Origin: Phoronis australis
Taxonomy: Eukaryota; Animalia; Phoronida
Reading direction: 5' to 3'
NCBI GenBank assembly: GCA_002633005.1
Contig: NMRA01000403.1
Coordinates: 186,603-250,602, forward strand
Length of the DNA: 64,000 bases
Below the pieces are notes generated by a model. The model was not told the DNA's origin. It made no database searches and saw nothing but the letters and a program-made list of their open reading frames with translations. Position numbers and translations under genes: made by a program. Positions 25,501 through 37,500 of the stretch are shown here, piece by piece (within the stretch, counting starts at the first letter, position 1; each line of letters opens with the position of its first letter).

Positions 25501-28500
25501 CGCAGTTGCCTGGAAGACTTTTACTATCAAATTGTAGCAGGTTTTTCAGATTTGCTCACNGCAGGCTAGGTTTTTGACAGAAGATTTGTAGAAAATCCCA
25601 GCAGTTAAGGACAAACGACGTGATCGTTGTTCACAGGTTCCGGATGAGCTGTTCTAAATAACATCGATCACGTAAACGCAGTTGCCTGGAAGACTTTTAC
25701 TATCAAATTGTAGCAGGTTTTTCAGATTGGCTCACAATTCTGTCTTCACGCCAACTTATCAGATTTTGCGTTACAATAAAGGAACGCCGAAAATTTTCGT
25801 ACCTTTCAGTCATTTGCCGTTAACATTCACAGGTGCCTATGGTTTTATACACTCTGTTCAACATTTCCCTAGATTTTGTTACAGGGTATTCATTTTTTCC
25901 AGGCGTAATATTTGCACAGTTGTCAATCCAAGCGTGGTTGATGGTGAAACGTATATTTTCCGGGATATAATTTTCACAAACAATTCCCCAAGTGGCAAAT
26001 GTTAAAAGTTACAGATTCAAAATATAACGAAATATGTTAACCAAATATGTCACCAAATGCGCGCACCAGGGGAGGCTCGGGGGGCTCGAGNATCTGAATG
26101 GTTGACCCCCCACCTTGCCGCTTTTTGGCTGTACAGTGGTCGGTGGATCCGTGGACTGATACTTAATTACCATTTTCTGAAAACGGCATTGATGATTATT
26201 GCTTATTACAAAAAATATGTAAGTAAATCAACTGGCATGCGTGCTTATAAATGATAGATGGCGCTGCTTTTGTTTACGTGGAGACTGAAGAGCATCTAGA
26301 ATAAGAGCAGTAACACGAGGACCTTGCTATAATTCAAGACTTCGCGAGATATTGTCCTGCATTTTAAATGAGAACATATGGTTTTGGATAAATTTAAGAG
26401 AGGTTCTAGTGTTACTGAACTCACCCCTGCCTTGTTTTCTATCTGCCTTATTCGTTCCACAGGTAAAGGAAGGCACCCAAGGTGGATATGACCCGCTAGT
26501 GTTCAGTGCAAAAAATCCTTCAACTTGTCAATAGTCATTGTAACTTTGGGATCATATTGTAATGTCCCTGCTGGTTACTACAAATTTTAGTCGCCACCAG
26601 TCGCCAGAAATCTGGTGTTCCCCCCACACACCGGGCACCTTAAGATGACGCTGAATATTTCTGCCAATGTGATCATCAGTGGTATAAAAAGGTACACATT
26701 CACAGTCAATAGAAAATAATTCACGAGAGACAATTTTATTAATGACTCATTCATGACAGACATGAAGTAAATAGAAGTAACGGTCTCGACTTCTTATATC
26801 ACACATCTTTCAGTGGTATGCTACAACACTAGGCTAAACGTTGAGCTCATTTACCACTTCATTCACTAAATCTGACGACATAACAGCATATTCAGCAGAA
26901 ATAGCATTGTCATAAACATTGCTGCAGACAACCTCGAAAAAAACCAACAATCTGCGATTCACTTAACATCACAGATAAACAATTTCACAGTGGGTTCTCG
27001 TAATGTTTTCTCCATTTTGGCACTTCAGAGGGTGAACGTTTTTACCTGACTTATCTCCTTCATCGAATATGTTCGTCAGAAATTTCTTAACCTTTGCTGA
27101 AAATCTTGTTGACCTTTTACCTTTTTTCAATGCCTAACCTATTGCTTCAGCATTCGTCACATCCAAACAGTACTCTGAGGCTGCCTCAAATGACGCTCCG
27201 GTTCTTGCATCTGAGAGCATTTCTGACCACTTTCGTGCGATGTGGTCATACGTGGTTTCCCTTTGTAAATGTTCAGTGTGGTTACCCACATCCAAATGCT
27301 GACCTAGTTCTGCGTCTGTAGCAAAAAATTTCGAGTAACCTTGCTGGGTACAAGGGAACTTTTGCTGAGGCTCTTCACTAGATACAATGCCAATCTTAAC
27401 TCCTGGTGTTGAAAATCCGCCATGTCTAGAGATGTTACTGTATTTGAGAGAAACATGCTTCCCATTTTCTCAGTATTTGTAAGAACTTACCGTCACCTAC
27501 ATGGAATGATTTCCACGCGCGAATTCCTTGGGTGGAATAGTGGGAATTTGGGAATGTGCTTATACCAGGAACTGAGTATTTTGGAAAACACTTTGTTGCA
27601 TTGACTGAGGATGCATACACATAACATCCCCTTCACACGGCCACTGGAAAGTAATTCTTCTTTCAAATCCAGAAAGTTTATGATATTGTTACCTTCGGCT
27701 TGAGTGGAGCGATCTTGCGATCACAGAGATCCTTTCCATTCTGACTTTCACTATCGAAACAGAAATGCCGGTAGTTGATAAGGCTCCTACGTTCAGGAGG
27801 AGAGGATCAGAGTGGTAACATCCAGCATTACCTGACTCTTCCATGACTGGTACTGTTCAATCAGAAATTCACCGACTCTGGGTAGTACGAGTCCGTACTC
27901 TGGCAGAGGCCTTGCTTTGTGAGTTAAATGTACTTCCCTGTATCTCAAATGTTCAGTGGTGTCTTTGACATAACTCACTAAAGCACAAAGTTTTTGTGAT
28001 CGGAATTTTTGCAGAATAAACTCTAAAGGAACATGGAGACCCATCGACATCGTCCGCCACTTTGTCTTCTCAAAATGCACTTGCTTCTCTCAAAACCAGT
28101 CATTACAAATATCAATTCTTACTCCATTTAAAAGTCCTGTAGAGTGTTTAAATTAACCCGATAATGTAAAAGAAATGAAAAAATACAAGAGGGTTACACG
28201 TACATTTTTATATATCCTCAAGCTTAAACTCAACTGACTCCCTCAGTGGGCAAAAGTCATTGGGTTCAGTTTTGATACTAGCCGCGTAATAAACCCGGAA
28301 AACATCTTGTTTTCATTTTAAAGAGTTTAAACTTGGTTTATAACTATTTAAAGCAGACTTCTTGTTTAAAAGAAAAAAAAGTTTATTCAAATGGTCTGTA
28401 AATTCTGCTCGTCATTTCCAAACTATGAAAATAGACAGTTTTGCAAGACAATTTTCACTAAAGTGCAAAGTTGAGGCAAGATTTTTTATTACTCAGACAT

Positions 28501-31500
28501 CAAGACTAACTCTTTAGCTGTATGTTCAAAACGTCACATAAGGCTACAAGGTGTTTTATGGCAGTAAGAAGGTCACAAAAATGGCCACTAAAATTAGCCC
28601 CAAAAAGTGGTCAGTGGATTATCTCCCCTGTCTAGCACAAAACTGTTATATTTTAATAAATGGCTCAAAATTATGCACAGTATACGTTGGTTATTTCAGC
28701 CACCAAAATATAGCTTTTGATCTATTTTGTATGTTACTCATTTCTGTTGTTGAAAGCATGCGATTTTTGAGACGGCTAATAATGTGCCAATTTGTGTTAT
28801 CATGCTCCAGCGGCGAAATTACGGGTCATTGAGTGCACAAAATTTGGCATTTGGGTTTTTGTTAGGATACCTACCCATGTACAAAAAATGAAGTTGTTTT
28901 AAATTTTGACGTATAGACTGATTTTTGAAAATCTACTGGTTTTTATATGGACTGCCTCTTAAATCGTATGTACTTATCAGACGATTTAAAACTTGCATTA
29001 AAGATGCGACACACTGTACAATTTTCAGTAAGTTGATTTGAACTGTTTTTGCGCACGGACTGGTCATTGTGGTTTACATGACATTTTATCATCTTCTATT
29101 ATGGTTAGATGTCTTTACCAGTGTTTTTGGGTAATAATTTTACCATCTAGACTCAATAAGAATAGGCCAGTGTAAAATTGAGGATTCTAGACTAACACTT
29201 TATCTCAACCTTGAAGTTTACATGTGTGTGCCTTTTACGAGTCCTGAGCCTAACCAAGATTCAGTTGTTGTTGGTTCTTGGGATGGTTTCGAGATTTGGA
29301 TAAAATTTGGCTCTATCGCTGACTCTGTCATGGGTGCTTTTGGAAGTCTGTAATTGATGTAGAGAATAAAAGGGAGACCAGGTTTCCGTACCCCTTCATA
29401 AACAAAACCTGGTTTAGAAAATACGTCATCTACAAGTTGTCGTGCTACCCGATTAGATAGATACATTTACATGCCATGTGGGAAGTGAAGAGTGTATGCA
29501 GAGTATGCAATATTCGATAAGAGACAACTTTGTACAAGAAGAGATCTTGTGAAACCTTGTCAAATGCGGATTCATTATCCAACATTAAACCCATTTTTTT
29601 CATATTGTTATCGTATCTCATGAACAACTTTAAACAGGAGAGATGTAGTACTCTTTTCACTCATAAAACCAAAGTAAAATTTGTTACTTATATTAAGTTA
29701 TTGAAAATGAGGTTCTTGTACATTTTATTCACTTTTAAAGAAAGACTGCAGTGATTCTGAATTCTTTTCTAATTGGGTACCATAATCGCAGTTTCAAATA
29801 GAAGGGTAGGCTCCTGTCAGTAGAATTTTGTTGAATAAATTAATGATCAGTAGAGGCATATCTTTATATTGGTGTAATTATTTATTTGTTATATAGTCGG
29901 AGCTTTCGAGACGTGGTACCCTGTTTTTTTAGTCCTTCGGCTTTTTTGTATGTAAAAGGTCCACATCCTCTGAAATCCGAGCCCCCCCCATATTAAAGGC
30001 TGGGTGCGTGCATGAAAAAGCTTGGAAGCAGTAGTCCAAGGAAGGCATGTATATTCTCCGATTTAACGTCCCGCCAAATAGACCTTTTGAATATCAGGGA
30101 GTAAATGCATTTTAACTCGATCGGCAACAACACCTGAAAAACATGCATTAAGCAAAAAGAAGAGTTTCCAATTCTTTAGCTTATAACGAGTGTTTTTCTT
30201 CTCAGGAATGAGCGTGTTTATACAGTATCTTGACCCTGTAATTGAGTGGGTCGTCTGTTTTAACTACAGGTGTAGTTAGCAGTTCTCTGTAACATAGGTA
30301 GCAATGGTTTTCAGAAAAAAAAAACATCCATTGGAAATCCATCTAACCAGGGAGGTTTTTCGTATTTCACAGTTTTTAAATCATCTGCTACGTCCTCCAT
30401 AGTAAATACCGGTCCAACTTTTTGCTAACTTCACGTAATTTTAGAACGACGGTTGCCGATGTCGGTGCTTTCTCACCTGTCACAAGCCCTTGTCTACAGT
30501 CAGGATTCTGGGTCGCGGTTATTAGAATCCTATTCCAGACCAGTACTTGTTCGACAGACAACTATAAATTGATAAGAAAATCACATAAAATTAATGAAGC
30601 TATAGCAAATTTCCACTGAACACCATGTAATAACCTCTAACAAATTTGTGTAAGGAACAACGAAATAAAGAGGAAGGAGGGGACATCAATACCGGGTGAA
30701 CACGAAATATAGTTGTATGGTAATATCAAAATACATGTAGGTTATTAGCAGAAGAATAAAGTTCCTGAGGGTGAATATCGGTTGTATAACCTTTTGCACA
30801 GAGAGCATTGGGAAAAAAGGCACTGAGAAGACCATGTAATAACCTCTAACAAATTTGTGTAAGGAACAAACGAAATAAAAAGGACAGAGGGGACATCAAT
30901 ACCAGGTGAACACGAAATACAGTTGGATTCTAATATCAAAATAGGTTATTGGCTGGAGAAAAAAGTTCCTGAGGGTGAATATCGGTTGTAAAACCTTTTG
31001 CACAGAGAGCATTGGGAAAAAAGGCACGGGGAACACCTTGAAATTAATAATTATGTAAACGGGTAACAAATGCTCTAAAAACCCATATTTGTATAAACCC
31101 GTTGAAACCATTTTTACCTAAATTAACCTTCTGTGCAAGACCTCTGTCTAGTCAAAGAATCCAAACCCTAATTTTTAAGTCGTTCCGTGAGTTGAAATGA
31201 CGACGCGTGCTCCGATTTAAAAAGCAGCGCTTTGCACGGCAGTTCTCACGTGCACACGTGTTAGCTACAGTGAAACACTTGTTTGAAGTATTTAAAGGGG
31301 CATTCATTAATCACGATGAAACGATTAGATTTCAGGTGTACAATTCCGATTTGACCTTGCGTATTTCGTCATGATGATTCCGACTGAAGCTGCTGATAAA
31401 TATTTATCTGACGTAGTATTAATACGTGCAGGCTAGGTTTTTGACAGAAGATTTGTAGAAAATCCCAGCAGTTAAGGACAAACGACGTGATCGTTGTTCA

Positions 31501-34500
31501 CAGGTTCCGGATGAGCTGTTCTAAATAACATCGATCACGTAAACGCAGTTGCCTGGAAGACTTTTACTATCAAATTGTAGCAGGTTTTTCAGATTGGCTC
31601 ACAATTCTGTCTTCACGCCAACTTATCAGATTTTGCGTTACAATAAAGGAACGCCGAAAATTTTCGTACCTTTCAGTCATTTGCCGGTAACATTCACAGG
31701 TGCCTATGGTTTTATACACTCTGTTCAACATTTCCACCAAATTTGTGCTAGATTTTGTTACAGGGTATTCATTTTTTCCAGGCGTAATATCTGCACAGTT
31801 GTCAATCCAAGCGTGGTTGATGGTGAAACGTATATTTTCCGGGATATAATTTTCACAAACAATTCCCCAAGTGGCAAATGTTAAAAGTTACAGATTCAAA
31901 ATATAACGAAATGTTAACCAAATATGTCACCAAATGCGCGTACCAGGGGAGGCTCGGGGGGCTCGAGCGAACCTATTTTTACAAAACGTGGTTGTCAAAA
32001 CGTTTCTACATTTTAGTGGCTTTGATTTTTTTCTTCGAGAAAACTTATCGTCAATAGCACAGTATTTCCGAGTACGGTATCAAAAATAAAAGAACCGTTT
32101 GCTTATCAACAGATTCTACTTGGACTTCCAATGTCATCTTTAATGTATTAATCAGATTATCACGAAGTCACAGAAAACAGTTATTAATGATTTTATACAC
32201 TCCACTTTCTTGCGAAACTAAGCGGAATCTTCGCTTAGTGTGACTGATGAAAATATAAATTAGAAAAAACTAATAATTGCGTTACACATATTCAAGATAC
32301 TCAAATGAAATGTTTTCAATGTAGACTGATTCACAAGTTCATTACAAGTGTTTACTCAAAATGGCGTAATCGATTGTGCTCTTTGTACTACAGTGTATTT
32401 GTACTGATTTCACGGAAACTGATGCACATATTTTTGGGTAGTTTCCCTGTTGTAAATGCGGTATGGGTTAGATTATTGCCGGCTAAAGCATATCTTCTAC
32501 GAGAATATTTCTTTAACAACTACACTGTAATGCAGCTCTGTTTGGTTCTTCGGAATCTTAGAAAGTATTAGAGTATAATGTTATTTTTGCTTAGCTACAC
32601 TTTCCTTATCTAAACATGAACTTAAAGGTAGTATTCCAGAGTTTTGAAAACACAAAATAGTATTATTGCATTTTATGTAGATTAATGTTAAACACATAAG
32701 ATATGTCAATAAACTTACGGGTATACAGTGTACTTGCAGCAATTACTTTTATTGCTTTAGTCGTTTTGTCACATTTTGTGATCAACTTTTCTTGATTAAA
32801 TACACATGCAGGTGTATATTTATGTGTATAGATACATGTACATGTAAATGTACCACGCCCATACACTGTGTATGCATGCATATGTGCTTCACAGTAAAGC
32901 AACAAAAATATACGGCTTCATATACTCGACTATAAAGTCAACGTCTAGTAGCCTGGGTTATTTGCTACATGTATGTGGTCTTAACAAAAAGCGTTGTTTT
33001 TGATTTGCGTTTATTTTTGTTGTATCACTTGTTCGGTATTGTTACGAAATGCCTTTATCCAAGCAATAGTTTATATCCTTAGACAATACTTAACATTGTG
33101 GTCATGGCACAAGCAAAAATAATAATAACTCGCCTTACCTCCACATTTTGGGACATTGTCAAAATCCCAGCTCGCTGTCACGAATTCCAGGTCGCAAAAA
33201 TTACCCGCAATTTTTATGCGCCAAATTGATTTTTAGGCCATCGACGGAGAAAATGTTTAGATAAAATGCTCTTACCTTCGGCGTTAAGTATTCTCAAATT
33301 TCAGGTTGCATAACTGAGTTCTTAATGTTTGATGTATCTGTTTTCCTCCGAAGTCGACCGCTTTTGATATGCCCTAGATGCGCTTGTTGCTTTGCAAATC
33401 AAATAATTCCCTGCCGCCTGACCTTCCTGTAAGGGTTTTCTATATCTACCGTACTATAGCACATCCTTTCGCGAGTTCAGAAAATTAGTTGCGAGCTTTG
33501 GTGCCTAAGTGAAAGTTGAGCCAGTGCTCTCTAACCGTTTCGAGTTACTAAATATGCATCGTAAACAATAGAAGAAAGTAATAGTTGAAAAGATACGCAC
33601 GACTCTTTTATTATTAATCTGCCATGTTACTGTAATCAAAGTCGTTAAAGAAGCAAAGATATATACATTATGCTTTTACTCTGAGTGCAATCTTCCTCCA
33701 TTTGTTTGTTCTTCAAATTTTACGACTCGACTGACTAAAAAACATGCTGTCGAAAAAAATCCGCAAAACGTTTTCCTAGCTGAATGACGTGTTGTGCATA
33801 CACCGCTATCGATTTGGGGGCAGAAATTAAGATGACATAAACAGTTATCAAACAAACGGCAGGTCATCACGAACAATTAAGAACGGAATGCTGTTTACGT
33901 TTTCGATTATAAGCTTTTCATTAAATAAAAAGCTTCAAATAATACCCATTCCGTGCGGGTTTCCATTATTGGGTAATTCGAGTTTGCTCCCTTAGCACGG
34001 ATACACTGTACACGTGCAGTGCTGTAGTGGTAAAATTAAAGGTAAGTACATGTAGGCGCCCAAAGCCCATCCTATCACCTTGAGCGCTGAACGTGTCTTA
34101 CGGTGGATANGCAAAAATAATAATAACTCGCCTTACCTCCACATTTTGGGACATTGTCAAAATCCCAGCTCGCTGTCATGAATTCCAGGTCGCAAAAATT
34201 ACCCGCAATTTTATGCGCCAAATTGATTTTTAGGCCATCGAGAAAATGTTTAGATAAAATGCTCTTACCTTCGGCGTTAAGTATTCCCAAATTTCAGGTT
34301 GCATGACTGAGTTCTTAATGTTTGATGTATCTGTTTTCCTCGACCGCTTTTGAAATGCCCTAGATGCGCATGTTGTTATGCAAATCAAATAATTCCCTGC
34401 CGGCTGACCTTCCCGTAAGGGTTTTCTATATCTACCGTACTATAGCACATCCTTTCGCGAGTTTAGAGAATTTGTTGCAAGCTTTGGTGCCTAAGTGAAA

Positions 34501-37500
34501 GTTGGGCCAGTGCTCTCTAACCGTTTCGAGTTACTAAATATGCATCGTAAACTAGAAGAAAGTAATAGTTGAAAAGATACGCACGACACTTTTATTATTG
34601 ATCTGCCATGTTACTGTAATCAAAGTCGTTAAAGAAGCAAAGATATATACAATATGCTTTTACTCTGAGTGCAATCTTCCTCCATTTGTTTGTTCTTCAA
34701 ATTTTACGACTCGACTGACTAAAAAACATGCTGTCGAAAAAAATCCGCAAAACGTTTTCCTAGCTGAATGACGTGTTGTGCATACACCGCTATCGATTTG
34801 GGGGCAGAAATTAAGATGACATAAACAGTTATCAAACAAACGGCAGGTCATCACGAACAATTAAGAACGGAATGCTGTTTAAGTTTTCGATTATAAGGTT
34901 TTCATTAAATAAAAAGCTTCAAATAATACCCATTCCGTGCGGGTTTCCATTATTGGGTAATTCGAGTTTGCTCCCTTAGCACGTATACACTGTACAGTAC
35001 GTGCTGTGCTGTAGTGGTAAAATTAAAGGTAAGTACATGTAGGCGCCCAAAGTCCATCGTATCACATTGAGCGCTGAACGTGTCTTACGGTGGATATAGG
35101 CGCTATGTTCAAATGCCAAAAGGTGGTTGGCTGCGCCGACGTGCGCCTACGGCCCACTACAGCACTGTGTAAGTGCCATATACATGTAAGTATGCTGACA
35201 ATAGATTAGCCTCAAAACAACACGTGACCCTAGCATGCATGTCGCTATGGCAAGGCCGTACCTTCTTAGGCACAAAATGAATCCGGGATTTTGCTTTTAA
35301 ACGTTCTTTTAGAAAATGAATTTGTTGTTACCGGTAAGTAAAATGAGAGTGGGACCCACTATAGACTGCGTAAGTGACAAATTCAAACCACGCGTACGCT
35401 AACAGGATACAATACAATGTCTCCTTCGATCACTGCACACATGATTATACCGTGCGACTCGAAACATCGCGATCCGGTTTCCGCATTTTGAATACATCTT
35501 GCAGTTTTGAAAACAAATTCCAGCGAGTGAAATTGTGGGTGGGGGCTTGCCAGAGCTGTTGGCGCTTTATTGAAGGCTGCCAAAAGTTAAGAGGGCGATT
35601 AGTAGAGCTGTTGGCGCTTGTTCCGAAAACTTCCAAAGGTAAGGAATACTGTACATGTACACTGTAGGCACAAACTTTAGTTTGGTCGTTGTTACGAATG
35701 ATCGCCGTTTAAAGAAGACGTTAAAAGCAAGTACCATGTTTCTGTGCTATGCAACCACCAAGGCGTCAATGTTTGGATATTCTTAACAACCACGGTACAT
35801 GTATTTTAGCCACCCGCAACATCTCTTCTAATTATCTTTAGCTGACGTTTCAATTGGAACAGTACTTTTTCCAAGCGAGTTTTAAAAATCAGTGACGTAG
35901 TCAATTGAAGACACTAGGAGTAAAAAATTTTCATATATTATTAATCGCTCACAATTTTACGTCTGCTTGTTCATACATGTTAGTAGCAATAGTTACATGT
36001 ACCAACTCAAAACTTGCCTGCTGAAAGAGAAGTCGTGTTCGTCGTTTGGCTATTGATAGATGTAGGGTTGAAATTTACACGCTTTGTGTGTTTTGCGATA
36101 AGAAAAACGAGACGCATGTTCAAACATTATGTTACTTTATTTTTCCGAATCATTATCCCCTGATGGGACCTCGACCGTGCACAAAAACAACAGGATCAAG
36201 CAGTGTCGCAATGCGATACTAAATTTATCTGAGATAATGTAATTGAATAATCAAGACATTTTACTTAAAAAATTAATTCATTTTTTTCACCACAAACTTT
36301 GGTAAGTTGATCGTTCCAGAATTTTTGTAAACGTCGCTCTTTTGTGACGTTTTATCATGTATTCTGCCATGGCCCAGAACTGGCTTCGGCGCAACAACAA
36401 AATTATGGTCGGACCCACATGAGTTGCTTCATAATTGCCTGGTATATGCTGAGAAGTGTACTACATATAAAATCTCAGTACGCTTATGTTGGAAATTCTA
36501 AGTTGCATACATGGACTTGATACGAGTGGCCAAAACCCGTGCTCTCATAAGAATTTTGGTCTGTACAGTACTACTATTGCAATATGCTAACGTGTCGAGA
36601 CTGAGTTCAATAATAGGTCTTAGTTAACGGGAACGACGTAACTCTGTTTTTAAAATACACTTTAGCAACATTCTTGTCATGGTTGTGCGGCCGTATTTTG
36701 ATGTTTCCTGGGCACTCGGTTGATGAAATTGGATGATGAGATTAATCATTTCGAGTGAATGTCACCCTACTGAAGATCTTGTCTTGGAATTACACTTGTC
36801 AAAAAGTAAGCGAAAGTGACATAGGCCTAATTTTGTTATTTAATCTTGATGCTCCGTTCAAAAGGTCACTAATAAATGTACACTGTACATGTATTGTGAA
36901 CTCAATATTTATTTTTCAAAACAATTAAAACGAACGCATTGACATTTGCTTGATTTCAATCCGGCGGCATTTTTATCGCTCTGTATCAGATTTTGAATTC
37001 TCTAGTGAAATGAAGTACAGTGTTGACGTGCAAATGCATGTCTAATTATTGATGTCCAGATGGTCTTCTATAATAGATGTACTGGTGTAGACGCGACGCA
37101 TTGTATTACTTGAGTGATTTTAAGAAACAATTAAATTTTAAAGATTTATTTAGATATTTTTCAAACAAGCACTAGTTTTACGGTGCAATATGTTGCTATA
37201 ATTACGCATCATTTCCCATATTTTGTACTTATGTTTTACGGTTCATGTTATAATTTTTGGTATGAGAGCTATTACTATATTATATTATTTCCCATATGTA
37301 CACATCAGTAAGTTTTTTTTACATATTTTGCCCATGTAGCCGTGTAGTCTAAGCGGCTTATGTTCAAGATGTTGAATTTTTTGGTAGTCCTTGTTTGCAT
37401 GCCATTAAAGCGGTCGTGATATTACCGTTTCATATGAAGCTCTTTGAGTCCACATATTTTTTACCTTTCTCTCTTTGAGAACCATCTCAAGGTAAATCAG

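Larger units (their letters stand above)
20718..26000 (-). pseudogene. Highly decayed coding relic, tentatively a KDZ (Kyakuja/HMGXB3-like, CxC-associated) transposase; second copy at ~28963-31880
   Basis: Collinear minus-strand fragments: ...FSENHCYLCYRELL.TP (~24480/30300), WSCCKI.G (~23730), SC.HEI...MLDNES.FD (~21340/29580) and YPNLETIPRTNYN..S.L.K.THM (~21030/29270). Motif spacing recalls KDZ transposases, but there are many stops and frameshifts. Confidence 0.35.

Noticed and set aside
25386-25735. 174-bp tandem repeat
   Set aside because: It is centred on a single n (25560) and is single-copy in the duplicate at ~31430, so it is a contig overlap rather than biology.
25682-26005. 107/111-aa plus-strand ORF conserved in both copies
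   Set aside because: It has a non-ATG start and no motif, and is probably the antisense shadow of the minus-strand relic. Identity reflects recent duplication.
33113-35096. 1-kb tandem duplication as a real gene duplication
   Set aside because: It is centred on single n34110 with allele-level differences, and the duplicated 66-aa ORF has no recognisable motif.
37336-37372. tRNA gene
   Set aside because: Only an A-box-like fragment is present, with no T-arm or acceptor stem.
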